From positions 1 through 64,000 of the forward strand of contig JAVJSW010000035.1 in NCBI GenBank assembly GCA_040219255.1: a stretch of 64,000 nucleotides of DNA, read 5' to 3'. The translations under genes were made by a program, and so were the position numbers. This stretch comes from Sumerlaeia bacterium. GTDB lineage: Bacteria > Sumerlaeota > Sumerlaeia > SLMS01 > JAHLLQ01. Under the pieces are notes generated by a model, which saw only the letters and a list, made by a program, of their open reading frames with translations, did not search any database and was not told the origin of the DNA. The stretch's first letter is position 1. Every line of letters begins with the position of its first letter. Shown here in pieces: positions 48,628 to 59,069 of this stretch.

Positions 48628-49350
48628 TCAGCCGTTGCGGAATCCCGACGAGATGTTGACGACGTATTGCCAGCCGGGGTCGTCGCCGAGATCCTCGAGA
48701 CCGAAGAGCAGTTCCCCGGTCGCGTCGTCTTCGTAGTCGCCGTCGCCGTTGCCGTCGAACTCCCGGTACACCGTGTGGGGGGGCTGAAGCCTGGGGAACA
48801 TACGGGCGCGGATCGTGATAGCCGTCACCGTCAAATCCGTCAGGTCGGAGTCGTCTTCTTCGAGGCTGTCGAACTCGCGGAAGAGAACCTCTTCCCACTC
48901 CAGATTGGCGAATCGCCCGATCAGATTGTGCTGGTGGACCTGCGATCCGCTCACCGCGTCGAACGTGGTACGGGTCAGATTCTCGGTGGTTTCGTTATAT
49001 TCCCATTCGATGCGTTCGCCCCGAATGGCGTCGAAGAGGCGGAGGACGCGAACGACATCGCTGCCATCGGTGACCGTTTCGACCCCGGTCCAATTGGCGG
49101 CGTTGTAGAGTTCGGAGGAGGTACGCTGGATATCGTTCACCATGCGGTTGACGGCGATTTTGGCTTCGATGCGGGCCCGTGTCTGGGCCGCGATGGTCGC
49201 CTGGGCGCGCAGAACGAAGATCATCGAATACATCATCGGAACCGTGACGAAGAGCATGATCGACGTGGCGATCAGCAATTCCATCAGGGTGGCGGCGCGG
49301 CGGCGATTCGTTGGCTGGGCGCGCAGGGCAATTTTCGTTCGGCGAATCAC
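48628..49350 (-). CDS. Minor pilin, PilW-like
   Basis: RRA|ATLMELLIATSI prepilin-like N-terminus; AGGAGG ribosome-binding site upstream. Confidence 0.78.
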   Translation of the reverse strand: MIRRTKIALRAQPTNRRRAATLMELLIATSIMLFVTVPMMYSMIFVLRAQATIAAQTRARIEAKIAVNRMVNDIQRTSSELYNAANWTGVETVTDGSDVVRVLRLFDAIRGERIEWEYNETTENLTRTTFDAVSGSQVHQHNLIGRFANLEWEEVLFREFDSLEEDDSDLTDLTVTAITIRARMFPRLQPPHTVYREFDGNGDGDYEDDATGELLFGLEDLGDDPGWQYVVNISSGFRNG

Positions 49351-49400
49351 GGGGAAACCCTCCTGGGGCGGTTTGGGGGCGGGGTGCTCATGGGGGCGCC

Positions 49401-50066
49401 CTATTCGACAATGCGTCCGCGGGCTTCGAGAGCGCCGATCGTGCGCTGCAGGTACTGAGCTTGGCCGCGGCCGTTGAGTTCGGAAATGTAGGTGATCAGC
49501 GCGTAGGTATCGAGTCCGTTGGGACCATCGATGGACAGGCGCGCGCGGTTGCCTTCGTCCAGTTCCACCACCACTTCCACTTTGTAATAACGGACATCGT
49601 ACGCCAGGGTGCGGCCTTCCGGATTGGTCGCCGTGTGGGTCGTCTGCAGCGGCGTGTAGAACACGCGTGAGCGGCCCAGCATGCCACTGTAGCCCGCGCG
49701 GTCCGTGTCGCCGTCGAGGAGGTCCTGGCCGGGGAGGAACTCGAAGCGCAGGGCGGTGGCTTCATAGCGCTCCGGGTCGGCTCCGGGGGCGGGGAAATCG
49801 CCCGAGCGCTCGTTGTTCGGATCGGGGTCCATGACCTCGATCAAGTCGAACCAGGAGCGGTTGCGGATATCTTCCATCCGGGCTTCCATGAAGCGGCTCA
49901 CTTGCGCCAGCCGGTCGTTGCGCGTGGAAGCCCGCTGATAGAAAATCACCGAGAAGATGGCCGAGATCACGACGATGGCGACGATGGAGACGGCAATCAG
50001 AACCTCGATCAGCGAAAAGCCGGCGAGTCGGCCTCGGGCAAACTGGGAAAGACGTTTGGGTGCCAT
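49401..50066 (-). CDS. Minor pilin, PilV-like
   Basis: AG|FSLIEVLIAVSI prepilin cleavage/methylation motif. Confidence 0.88.
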   Translation of the reverse strand: MAPKRLSQFARGRLAGFSLIEVLIAVSIVAIVVISAIFSVIFYQRASTRNDRLAQVSRFMEARMEDIRNRSWFDLIEVMDPDPNNERSGDFPAPGADPERYEATALRFEFLPGQDLLDGDTDRAGYSGMLGRSRVFYTPLQTTHTATNPEGRTLAYDVRYYKVEVVVELDEGNRARLSIDGPNGLDTYALITYISELNGRGQAQYLQRTIGALEARGRIVE

Positions 50067-50313
50067 GGGCGTTCATCCTTGTGGGGGACCGGTTCGACAG
50101 GCGATGTGGCAGACCGGGGTAAGGGTCGGCGGAATCGGCTGGCGCCGTGGGGTCGCGTCTCGAAGGCGCACCGGTCACGATGGAAGAAGAGAATGCACGG
50201 ACCAAACCAATCCGAAGGTTGGGCTTAAGTCGAGCATTTGTAGCTGTTTATGGCAAATGAGGAGATGGAAGGGCTGGGTAAGGGCTGGCCGCTTGCACAG
50301 ATTCGGTGCAGGC

Positions 50314-51135
50314 CTACGCTTCCCGGCGGGACACCGATTTCCCATCCATCGGTTGATAGCGGCGTGTGCGAATCCGCAAGACGTCGAGGAACATCTTCGC
50401 CGAATCGCGGATAGGGGACACCCGGCTGGCGGGGCTGTTGATCCACCGCACGGGGACCTCCTCGATGCGGAAGCCGTACTTGCGGGCCAGGAAAAGAATC
50501 TCCACGTCGAAGGAAAATCCGCTCATCGTCTGGCGGGGAAAGACCGCTTCGGCGGCTTCGGCGGTAAAGAGCTTGAACCCGCATTGGGTGTCGCGCACGC
50601 CGGGCACCGCCAGGGCCTGGACCAGCAGGTTGAAGGTGCGGCCCATGGCTTCGCGGTAGAAGGGCTGGCGCACTTCGAGTTGCGATTCGGCGAGCGCCCG
50701 CGAGGCCACCAGCACGCCGGCGTCGGTTTTCTTGCGCCGGGCCAGCAGTCGGTCCAGCTCCTCGATCGGCGTCGAATTGTCGGCGTCAGTAAACAGGCGC
50801 AGGTGCCCTCGGGCGGCGAGCATGCCGCGTTTGATGCTGGCGCCTTTGCCCCGGTTCTTCGGATTGCGCAGCAGCGCGCAGCGGTCGTCGCCCGCCAGCG
50901 CCTCGCGCGCCGCCGCCGCCGTGCCGTCCGACGAGCCATCGTCCACCACCAGCAGTTCCCAGCTCCAGGGCTGGCCGTTGAGGTACGACCGGATGGCCGC
51001 GATGGTGGCGGGCAGGCGCTCTTCTTCGTTGTAGGCGGGCACCACGATCGAGATGGCCGGAGCGGCCGTGCGGCGCTTCGGGGCGGGGTCGGAGACGGGT
51101 TCTTCGGCGGCGGGTATCGGTTCGGCGGCATCCAT
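50314..51135 (-). CDS. GT2 polyprenol-phosphate glycosyltransferase (dolichyl-phosphate glucosyltransferase-like)
   Basis: SIVVPAYNEE.RL, VDDGS.DGT, NRGKG, FTDAD.STP, DTQCGFKLF, FDVE.L. Confidence 0.92.
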   Translation of the reverse strand: MDAAEPIPAAEEPVSDPAPKRRTAAPAISIVVPAYNEEERLPATIAAIRSYLNGQPWSWELLVVDDGSSDGTAAAAREALAGDDRCALLRNPKNRGKGASIKRGMLAARGHLRLFTDADNSTPIEELDRLLARRKKTDAGVLVASRALAESQLEVRQPFYREAMGRTFNLLVQALAVPGVRDTQCGFKLFTAEAAEAVFPRQTMSGFSFDVEILFLARKYGFRIEEVPVRWINSPASRVSPIRDSAKMFLDVLRIRTRRYQPMDGKSVSRREA

Positions 51136-51257
51136 AAGACGTTCTTGGTACGGGCCCCCCGCGCGGGCGGCAAGCGGGGAGTGTGTCCTGTGGGCCGCGG
51201 AATTTTCCGTCGGGTGACGGGGAGCGGAATCTTCCAGGGGGCCGCCGCGGGCGCGCG

Positions 51258-52310
51258 CTATCGCACCAGCCCGAGCCGGCCGGCGATCTCCAAGGCGGCG
51301 GCGCTGTCGGCGAAGCGGGCCATGGGGACGCCCAGTTCGCGGGCCTCGGCGGCGCATAGGTCGGCGGCGGTCTGGCGCGCGGTGCCGGTTTCGTGCGGCG
51401 TCACGTCGCGCAGCAGGACGGCGTGGATGCGGGCGGGGCCGTACTCGCGGACGGCCTGCAGGTACAGGTGCGGGTCGCGCTGGCCGGTGTCGCCGATCAG
51501 GAGGAAGGGCAGATCCGGGTAGGCTTCCATCACGGAGCGCACCTTCATCAGCTTGTGGGCGTGGCCCCTTTTCGCTTCGCGGGTGCGGTCGGAGGCGGAG
51601 CCCTTCAGCAGCAGCGGACCGGAGGGGATGCCGTTGTGGGCCAGAAAGTCGTCGAGCATGTCGTAGAGGCTCCAGGACGAGCTGCTGACGTAGAAGACCG
51701 GATTGCCGTCGCGGCCCGTGGGACCGCCCTGCAGAGCGCGGTAGAAATCCGCCACACCATGGAAGGCGCGGCGCGTATGGGCGTTGTGGAAGAAGGTCAG
51801 CTTGGCGGCGCGCAAGAGGTTGCCGAGTTGCGTGTCGATGACGGTGTCGTCGAGATCGCTGATGACGCCAAAGCGGGCGCTGGCGGGGGGGACGAAGATC
51901 TTGCCGGTGGCTTCCACGCCGGTGTGCGGCAGGCGCAGTGGCACGGTCTGCCAGAGGGGCGCGCGCGTCAGGTTTGGCGTCGTCGGCAGATGAAAAGTGA
52001 AGAAGCCGTCCTCGAAGGTTCGGGCCAGGTGGCGCTTGCCGCGGAAGGTCGCCTCCACCAGGGCGTCAGGGACGTCTTTCGTGACCCAGCGTGCGTAGGA
52101 GGCTTTGAAGTTCATCCAGGCGGAATCGTCCGGGCTGGGGACGGCGGGCCCTTCCTTGGCCAGAACACGGCCCGTGAGAAAGGCCCCGTCGGCGGTACAG
52201 AAGCCGCGATAGGGTTGGATGCGGGTGATGGTTTCGCGGCGGAGAATACGGCTGCCCAGGCGGGTCAGAAGGGGCGCGGGAACGGCGGCATCGAGGGTCG
52301 TGGTGGCCAC
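51258..52310 (-). CDS. App1-family phosphatidate phosphatase (DUF2183)
   Basis: GVISDLDDTV, FYVSSS.W.LY, P.GP..L, L.GD.GQ.DP..Y, RDV. Confidence 0.88.
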   Translation of the reverse strand: MATTTLDAAVPAPLLTRLGSRILRRETITRIQPYRGFCTADGAFLTGRVLAKEGPAVPSPDDSAWMNFKASYARWVTKDVPDALVEATFRGKRHLARTFEDGFFTFHLPTTPNLTRAPLWQTVPLRLPHTGVEATGKIFVPPASARFGVISDLDDTVIDTQLGNLLRAAKLTFFHNAHTRRAFHGVADFYRALQGGPTGRDGNPVFYVSSSSWSLYDMLDDFLAHNGIPSGPLLLKGSASDRTREAKRGHAHKLMKVRSVMEAYPDLPFLLIGDTGQRDPHLYLQAVREYGPARIHAVLLRDVTPHETGTARQTAADLCAAEARELGVPMARFADSAAALEIAGRLGLVR

Positions 52311-52466
52311 GGCGGTGAGTCCTTCCGGAAGACGTCACTGCCTAAGTGAGCACAAACGATCCATTCGCCAAGCGTTACTATCGAGCCTGACGAAAGTCTA
52401 TCGGGGCGGGAATGGGGCCCTAACAATCGGGGCTTGCCGGAAACGGCTCGCTAACATTGCGCCTTG

Positions 52467-53699
52467 TCAGACTTCGACTTCAACCTCGCGGTCGCTTCGG
52501 CATTGGGCCAGGACGCGCGCGACGGCGCCGCTGTCGATCAAGCCCAGGCCGGCGGCGTGCTCGGCGGCGGCGGCGCTGTCCTCCACCAGGAGCATGGGCA
52601 CGCCGAGGTTCTCCGCCTCGGCGGCGCAGTGGCGCACGCGGCGCTCGTGCTTTTCGCTTTCCCATTGGCTGTGGACGTCGCGGATGTAGATGGCGGCGAT
52701 GCGCTCGGGTCCGAACTCGCGGGCCGCCCGCAGGTACAGAAACGGGTCGTGCTGACCCGAATCGCCCACCAGGACGAAGGGCATCGACGGGTAGGTATTT
52801 ATGATCTGGCGGGCTTTCTCCAGCTTATGGCTGTGGCCGGCGCTGATGAACCGGTTGCGATCGAGACCCACGTCCTGCAGCATGATGGGGCCGGCGGGGA
52901 TGTCGTTGTGGGCCAGGAATTCCTCGAGCAGATCGTAGAGATTCCACGCCGAACTCGAAACGTAGAAGATCGGATTGCCATCGTGGCCGGAGGTACCGGC
53001 CTGAAGCGCGCGGTAGAATTCCGAAATGCCCTCGAAGGGCTGGCGGGTCTTGGCGTTTTTCAGAAAGGCCAGCCGCGCCGCGCGCCAGATGTTGGTGATG
53101 TGGCTGCGCAGAACGGTGTCGTCCATGTCGCTGATCACGCCAAAGCGAGCCGAATCGGTGGGGCACATGATCTGGCCCGTGGTTTCGATGGCGGCGCCTC
53201 GGCCCAGGCCGGAGGGCGGGGTGCGGGGCAGTCGCAACTCGACCCGTTCCCAGAGCCGGTCGGCCACGCAGCGGGTTTCCTCCAGATCGAAGGTGAAGTC
53301 GAAATACCCCTCCTCGTCCGTCCGGGTGGTCAGGACGGTCTCGCCGATGCGGGCTTCGACCGGTTCCTTGGGGACTTCGCGGCTGACCCAGCGCTTGAAA
53401 GCCGCCCGCAGGTTGTCGCGCCAGGAGTCGAGTTCTTCGGCGCCGCGCGGCGCCGAATCGGCGAAGACCCGGCCGTTCACGAAAGCCCGCCGGCCATTGG
53501 AGTAACCGCGATAGGGCACGATGCGGGTGGGTTTGTAGCGCCCGAGCTTCTTGCTCAGTGCCCGCCAGGTCCTGTCCCAGGTGACCTCGAGGGCCCATGC
53601 GATCGCCTTCAGCCAGCGCTGGAGGCGATTGCGGGCGCCTTCGTCGACGGTCGGATCGGTGATGTCGGGGTCTCGGTCGTGGGCAAGGGTGGTGGACAT
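52467..53699 (-). CDS. App1-family phosphatidate phosphatase (DUF2183), paralog
   Basis: GVISDMDDTV, FYVSSSAWNLY, VGDSGQHDP, IRDV. Confidence 0.88.
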   Translation of the reverse strand: MSTTLAHDRDPDITDPTVDEGARNRLQRWLKAIAWALEVTWDRTWRALSKKLGRYKPTRIVPYRGYSNGRRAFVNGRVFADSAPRGAEELDSWRDNLRAAFKRWVSREVPKEPVEARIGETVLTTRTDEEGYFDFTFDLEETRCVADRLWERVELRLPRTPPSGLGRGAAIETTGQIMCPTDSARFGVISDMDDTVLRSHITNIWRAARLAFLKNAKTRQPFEGISEFYRALQAGTSGHDGNPIFYVSSSAWNLYDLLEEFLAHNDIPAGPIMLQDVGLDRNRFISAGHSHKLEKARQIINTYPSMPFVLVGDSGQHDPFLYLRAAREFGPERIAAIYIRDVHSQWESEKHERRVRHCAAEAENLGVPMLLVEDSAAAAEHAAGLGLIDSGAVARVLAQCRSDREVEVEV

Positions 53700-53776
53700 G
53701 AAAAAGGGGAGAAACCTTTCGCGGGTTTCTCCCCGAGCCTTGCAGGAACCGGGCCTCGCTGGCGGTTTGAGGCCGG

Positions 53777-55171
53777 TTAGCCGAAGCCCACGTTCAGGTC
53801 GCGGAGCACGAGGCCGGCGGGGACTTTCGGGGTGAAGCTGACGGAATTGAAGGGCAGCAGTTCCCCGTTCTCCGCCGTCTGGATCACCGATTCCTTGCTC
53901 ATCGGGTTGCTGAAGAAGGCGGCGCAGCCCTTGCGGCGCTTGATCAGATCGAGGGAGCCGAGAATGGTGCGCGAATAGAGCACGTCGTCCTCTTGCAGTT
54001 CGACCTCCGGATTGCCGATCCAACCGCGGCTGATGATGAACTTGTGGAGAAGCACGGGGGCCGTCTTCTTGAAGTCGTCGGTCATCATTTCGTCGTCGAT
54101 CATCTCCTCCAGGTTCGCGTCCTCGCGCAGCGTCAGTTGCCAGGAGCGGCCATTGGGGAGGGCCATGACGAAGCGGGGTTGCTCGGTGGGGCCGGTCTTT
54201 TTCTTGCGGCCTCCCTTGCCGGCGGCGGGGTCGAGCATTTTCTTCACTTGCTCGGCGGCCTTGGCCAACTCCTTCATGTTGAGCTTGAACTCTTCCATTT
54301 CGAAGTACTCTTCGAGGTCCTCGACGACGATGTCGATGTCGGCATCGGCGGCGACCTCCCGCGAGAGGATGAGGTTGTCGGAGTAGGAGATGAGGTCTTC
54401 GTCTTCGGCGCGCTGGAGGAACATGAGGACGAAGTCGTAGGGCTGGCGGCCATCGCGGCGGCCGGTTTCCTCGCGTTTCATGTCGCGGTACTTCAGGGCC
54501 GTTTCATAGCGGTGATGGCCGTCGGCGATGTAGAGCCGGCGGGGCTTCATGAAGTCGTGGATGCGCAGCACCGGGTCCTTCTTGTAAACCATCCAGAGGC
54601 GATGGCGGGTGCCATCCTCGGTGGTGAAGTCCTCGATGGGCTCGCGCTTCTTCATGGCCTCGTTGAGGACCGACTTCACTTCGGCGTCCGGGTCCGAGTA
54701 GAGCATGTGGAGGGGGCTGAGGTTGACCTCGATGGCGCGCAGGAGCTTGAGGCGGTCCTTCTTGGGCGATTCGTGGGTCAGCTTCATGGAGCGGACTTTT
54801 CCGCTGCGGAAGTCCTGAAGCTTGACGAGGGCGAAGAAGCCCAGGCGGGTCTGCGGTCCTTCGCGGTCTTCGGCGTGGAAGGTCTGCTCGTAGACGTAGA
54901 AGCACTTGCGCTGCTCGTCGGAGAGGACACCCTCCGCTTTCCATGCGCGATAGCACTCGGCGGCGCGGACGTAGCGGTTGCTGGCGTCGTCGTCGCTGGC
55001 GGTTTCGTGGCCCGCCAGGAGACGGACGATGTTGAACGGGCTTCGCTCGTGGAGATCCTTTTGCTTAGCCGGATCGATTTCGTCGTACGGCGGGGCGAGA
55101 ACGTCGCCCAGCGAGAAATCGGCGTCTTTGTGTGCGTAGCGGGTCCCCGCGAAGGGCAACACGTCTGCCAT
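53777..55171 (-). CDS. DUF1015 family protein
   Basis: PF.G.RY, APPYD.I, FYVYEQ.F, DRLKL, YIADGHHRYETA, F.PK...GLV. Confidence 0.9.
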   Translation of the reverse strand: MADVLPFAGTRYAHKDADFSLGDVLAPPYDEIDPAKQKDLHERSPFNIVRLLAGHETASDDDASNRYVRAAECYRAWKAEGVLSDEQRKCFYVYEQTFHAEDREGPQTRLGFFALVKLQDFRSGKVRSMKLTHESPKKDRLKLLRAIEVNLSPLHMLYSDPDAEVKSVLNEAMKKREPIEDFTTEDGTRHRLWMVYKKDPVLRIHDFMKPRRLYIADGHHRYETALKYRDMKREETGRRDGRQPYDFVLMFLQRAEDEDLISYSDNLILSREVAADADIDIVVEDLEEYFEMEEFKLNMKELAKAAEQVKKMLDPAAGKGGRKKKTGPTEQPRFVMALPNGRSWQLTLREDANLEEMIDDEMMTDDFKKTAPVLLHKFIISRGWIGNPEVELQEDDVLYSRTILGSLDLIKRRKGCAAFFSNPMSKESVIQTAENGELLPFNSVSFTPKVPAGLVLRDLNVGFG

Positions 55172-55352
55172 AGGGAAAAGCCATCCTTTCCTTCGGCGGC
55201 CAGCGCTCGGAGGGCCAAAGAATTCAGCCGCGCCGGTCCGTCAGGGGGCGGCAACCTGCCGGAGGCGCGCGAAGCCCGTCAAGGGTCAGTTGCGCTCGCG
55301 ACTCGGCTTGAAGCGCCGAATTCCTCCCTTCCCGCCTCCAGGCCCGTCCCCG

Positions 55353-57368
55353 TCAATTCACCAAAGCGCTCTCGATCTTCTCCTCGTTCACGTCCTTCCA
55401 CGGGCTCAGCAACAGCGACTGCACGTGAATCAGGCCGTTGCCGAACTGAGCCGGGGTCGGGCTGTGCTGGGTTAGGGTCAGCGTATTGACGGCGCCGGAT
55501 TCGATCGCTCCGGCTGGAATTCGCAGCGCAACGGTGCGTTCATTCTGGGTGCTGACGACATGGAAATGGCCGGTCCGCCGCCCGTTGATCGCGACCGACA
55601 ATTCCCGCACGCGGGAATCGAGGGGCATTTCAAGCTTGAGCAGGAGCACCGCCTCGGCCTCCAGTCCGAGCGAAGGCGCTGGCTGGAACACCCATTCGGC
55701 TTCGCGCTGGAAGATGGCGAAGCGGTTCGCGGCGGCTTCCGCCCGCACGCCCCGCGAGAGGAAACGCTCGGCGTTGGGTTCGGAGGCGGAGATGGTCTTG
55801 CCCGTCAGCACCGGCTCAAGCCCGTCGTAGCCCACCAGCGACCGGTACGGCCCGCCGCCGGTCCAGTACCAGGCCAGACTCCCGTGCTTCCAATCCCACC
55901 AGAAGTCGTCGATTTCGGCGGCGGGGACGTATTCCTCCGGAAAGGAATAAACCATGGTTGCGGCACGGCCTTGGAACAGAACGGCGGGCAGCGCCAGAAC
56001 GCACACCAGAGCGATCCCCCACAGGCGCCTGCCCAGCCACGCCAGCACCGGCGCCGAGGCCAGCAGGGCGCTGGGGAAGAAATCGGCCTGGAGCCGCGGG
56101 CCGGCGGCCCACCCGCCGTGCCACTGGCGGAACGCGCACAGCACCAGGAAAATCCCTACCGCGAACGCCAGATGGGCCAGCAGAAACGCCGTGCGGATGT
56201 GCTCGGGGCTCGGCCGGGCGAGCAGCAGCGTCTTGAAGTCCCGCCAAGGCCGATGGCGCATGGCGCCTGAAATCCACCAACCCAGCCCGCCCACGAACAG
56301 CAGCGTCCACGGCATGAATAGGAACATGCCCCGCGTCGGCGAAAACAGCATCGCCAACCCCCGCCCCGCCATCGCCACGGGCGATCCGCCAAAGCCCGCC
56401 TCGCCCGCCGCCTTGGCCACGTAGGACCCAAGCAGCCCGCCCATGGCGGCCTTGTTCAGCGCGAATCCCGCCACCGCCGCGAGCAAACCTCCCAGGGCCG
56501 GTTTCCAAACACCCGCCCGCATCGCATACAGCGCCCACGCGAAGAACAGCACCCCCCAAAGGCCGAAGGTCGTGCGGCAGAAGAACGCCCACACGGCGAA
56601 AAATCCGGCGAGGACGAGCGCGGTGGTCTCGATGGTGGGCTGGAGGCGGCCACTACGGAGCAGCGGTAAGGCGAAGAGGCAGCTCAAAATCAGAGAAAAC
56701 AGCGCCCCCGTCTGCGTCCAGCCGGAATGCGCCAGGCTGCCATGCACCGGCGACCCAAGGCCGAACAACAGGAAGGCCCCGATCAGCGCCATCTGGGCGG
56801 ACAGAAATTCGAGCAGCACGAGGAAGAGCGCCCCGACCGCCAGCGCCATGATCAGGCAGGCGGCGGTCTTGATCGCCGGGCCGATCTCGGCGATGCTCGG
56901 GTAGGTCCCGGCGGCCTCCAGGAGCCTGAGCCCCACGGCGGTGAAAACCACGGTCCCCACAGGATACACCGATACGGCGCGTCCGTCGTCTCCCCGCGCG
57001 GCCCAGCCCCCGAGCGGTATGGCGGGATCATTGTAGGCGGGATGGTTGGCCAGGGAAAATTCCCCCGTCCGCGCCGCCCAGTACGCCAAATCTGTCAACC
57101 CCCGCGAGTCCCCGCCGTTCCAGTTCGTGCCGCCCTGCATGAACAGAAAAAACGACAGAACGGCCAGGATCGACGCCACGACGTACCGGTGCCGGCGCAG
57201 AAACGCATCCGCCTCGGGGTGGCGGGCATCGGCCGGGGCGACCGGTGATTTCACCGGCGCATTGCCCGGCGAGGGCTCGCGCGGCTGCACGTCCCGCCCA
57301 TCGGGCGGGGCGCTCCGCGGCGGAGCCACGATGGCTTTGGCGGGTGCGGACTTCTTCTTGTTAGCCAT
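55353..57368 (-). CDS. Multi-pass membrane protein, possible GT-C glycosyltransferase
   Basis: GD after the first TM, S.YP.G, L.SP.RG.F...P, W.GG...GPR patterns; C-terminal beta-rich domain. Confidence 0.65.
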   Translation of the reverse strand: MANKKKSAPAKAIVAPPRSAPPDGRDVQPREPSPGNAPVKSPVAPADARHPEADAFLRRHRYVVASILAVLSFFLFMQGGTNWNGGDSRGLTDLAYWAARTGEFSLANHPAYNDPAIPLGGWAARGDDGRAVSVYPVGTVVFTAVGLRLLEAAGTYPSIAEIGPAIKTAACLIMALAVGALFLVLLEFLSAQMALIGAFLLFGLGSPVHGSLAHSGWTQTGALFSLILSCLFALPLLRSGRLQPTIETTALVLAGFFAVWAFFCRTTFGLWGVLFFAWALYAMRAGVWKPALGGLLAAVAGFALNKAAMGGLLGSYVAKAAGEAGFGGSPVAMAGRGLAMLFSPTRGMFLFMPWTLLFVGGLGWWISGAMRHRPWRDFKTLLLARPSPEHIRTAFLLAHLAFAVGIFLVLCAFRQWHGGWAAGPRLQADFFPSALLASAPVLAWLGRRLWGIALVCVLALPAVLFQGRAATMVYSFPEEYVPAAEIDDFWWDWKHGSLAWYWTGGGPYRSLVGYDGLEPVLTGKTISASEPNAERFLSRGVRAEAAANRFAIFQREAEWVFQPAPSLGLEAEAVLLLKLEMPLDSRVRELSVAINGRRTGHFHVVSTQNERTVALRIPAGAIESGAVNTLTLTQHSPTPAQFGNGLIHVQSLLLSPWKDVNEEKIESALVN

Positions 57369-57557
57369 AGGGGAGGGAAACCGCTTACGGGCTGGGATTG
57401 TCGGGAGAAGAAAAGCGTGGAAGGCCTCCGCCGCGCGGCGCAAGGGGACAGAGAGCAACGGGGCTCCGCCCAGCCGCCCCCTGCCGAATTCGTCTCGCCA
57501 TTGGTGCCCCCGCCTCGCTAGGCTTCCCCCTTGAAGCCGCCGCCAGGACCGCGCCCC

Positions 57558-58970
57558 ATGACCGAACAGGACCCGCCCCCGGCTCCGCCCATCGTCCCCA
57601 ATGAACCGCCCGAGGCGCCCACCGAGGAAACGCCCCTGCCGATTTACCCCGGGCCGCCGTTGCGTGTGCGCAAACGCCGCTACATTCTTTACTTCGTCAT
57701 GATCACCGCCTTGCTCATGCTGGTCACCGGCAACGTGCGCGTCTTTCATCAGGACGAACAGGGCTTCGTGCGCCTGCAACGGCTCTATGGCGGCACCGGC
57801 CCGATCCGCACCGCCGAGCGCCTGCCCACCGATCCGGAGATGCTGGCGCAGGAACTCAACATCGAACTCAGCCGTGTCCGCGAAGCCGAGCACGTTCTCA
57901 ACGCTTATCAGAACCGTCTCGAAGGCATGAACCTCGGCATCTTCGATTGGGCCGTGCGGTTCAACATCGGCGACTACACCGTCTTCATCAGCTATCAGAT
58001 TTTCCTGAACATGGCGGTGGCGGGCATTATCGCGGCGATTCTGTTCCTGCGCGCCCGCGACCGAGCCGCCCGCGAAGTGATCGACCGCCAGAACCACCGG
58101 TTCCGCGAATTGAACGAGCGCCTCGAAGGCAAAGTCCTCGAAGCCCAGCAACTCCTCCAGCAACTCCAGCGCACCCAGGACAAACTGGTCGGCGCGGAGA
58201 AACTCGCCAGCGTCGGGCGTCTGTCGGCCACCCTGGCCCACGAAATCCGCAATCCTCTGTCCATCATGAAATCCGCCGCCGGTATGGCCATGGAGGACTT
58301 CGACCGCGACGCCCCCCAGGCCCAGGCCCTCGAAATGATCCGTGGCGAAATCGACCGCCTGAACAAAATCATCACCGAACTCCTCGATTTCGCCCGTCCC
58401 AAACCGGCCCGCCTCGACGCCCACAACCTCAACTTCCTGGTCAAATCCTGGCTCACCCGTGTCAAGAACCAGATCGCCGAAGACGGCGTCGAAATCGAGA
58501 TCGACCTCGCCGAGGACCTCCCCCTCATCGCCGCCGACTCGGACCAACTCTATCAGGTTTTCCTCAACGTCCTGTTCAACGCCCGCGACGCCCTCAAACC
58601 CAACGGCGGCGGCACCATCGACATCGTCACCGAACCGGCCGGCGAACGCGGCGTCTTTCTGGAAATCCACGACGACGGCCCTGGCATGGACCCGGAAACG
58701 TTACAGCAGATCTACGAACCGTTCTTCACCACCAAGACCCACGGCTCCGGCCTGGGCCTGCCGCTCGTGCAGCAACTGATGGAGGGCATGGGCGGCAACG
58801 CCTACATCGAATCCACCCCCGGAGCCGGCACCGCCGTCCACCTCTTCCTGCGCACCAGCGACATCGCCAAGGCCGAGGAAACCGCCACCACCATCGACCG
58901 CATCCAGTGGACGGAGAAGGAAGAGCGGATGCGCAAGGAGGCGGAGGCCCGGCAAGTCTCGTCGTCCTAG
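57558..58970 (+). CDS. Sensor histidine kinase (NtrB/PilS-like)
   Basis: Two TMs; LAHEIRNPL H-box; NARDA, DDGPG, EPFFTTK, GSGLGL. Confidence 0.93.
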   Translation: MTEQDPPPAPPIVPNEPPEAPTEETPLPIYPGPPLRVRKRRYILYFVMITALLMLVTGNVRVFHQDEQGFVRLQRLYGGTGPIRTAERLPTDPEMLAQELNIELSRVREAEHVLNAYQNRLEGMNLGIFDWAVRFNIGDYTVFISYQIFLNMAVAGIIAAILFLRARDRAAREVIDRQNHRFRELNERLEGKVLEAQQLLQQLQRTQDKLVGAEKLASVGRLSATLAHEIRNPLSIMKSAAGMAMEDFDRDAPQAQALEMIRGEIDRLNKIITELLDFARPKPARLDAHNLNFLVKSWLTRVKNQIAEDGVEIEIDLAEDLPLIAADSDQLYQVFLNVLFNARDALKPNGGGTIDIVTEPAGERGVFLEIHDDGPGMDPETLQQIYEPFFTTKTHGSGLGLPLVQQLMEGMGGNAYIESTPGAGTAVHLFLRTSDIAKAEETATTIDRIQWTEKEERMRKEAEARQVSSS

Positions 58971-59069
58971 TTCTTGCTCTAGCGGATCGCCCGCGAGCAA
59001 ACCGTTGCGCCGCCGCATCGCCCCGCCTTTGCTCCCTCCTACACCCACCGCCCCCGAAAGGTCCCCCCC

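Noticed and set aside
44994-48659. 1221-aa ORF on the + strand (also 31051-33816, 17873-20362, 10882-13029, 20260-22329)
   Set aside because: Antisense shadows of recognisable genes, as expected in high-GC DNA; no motifs.
57369-58670. N-terminal half of the 1105-aa ORF 55353..58670
   Set aside because: It is antisense to the histidine kinase; the plausible start is the ATG at 57368.
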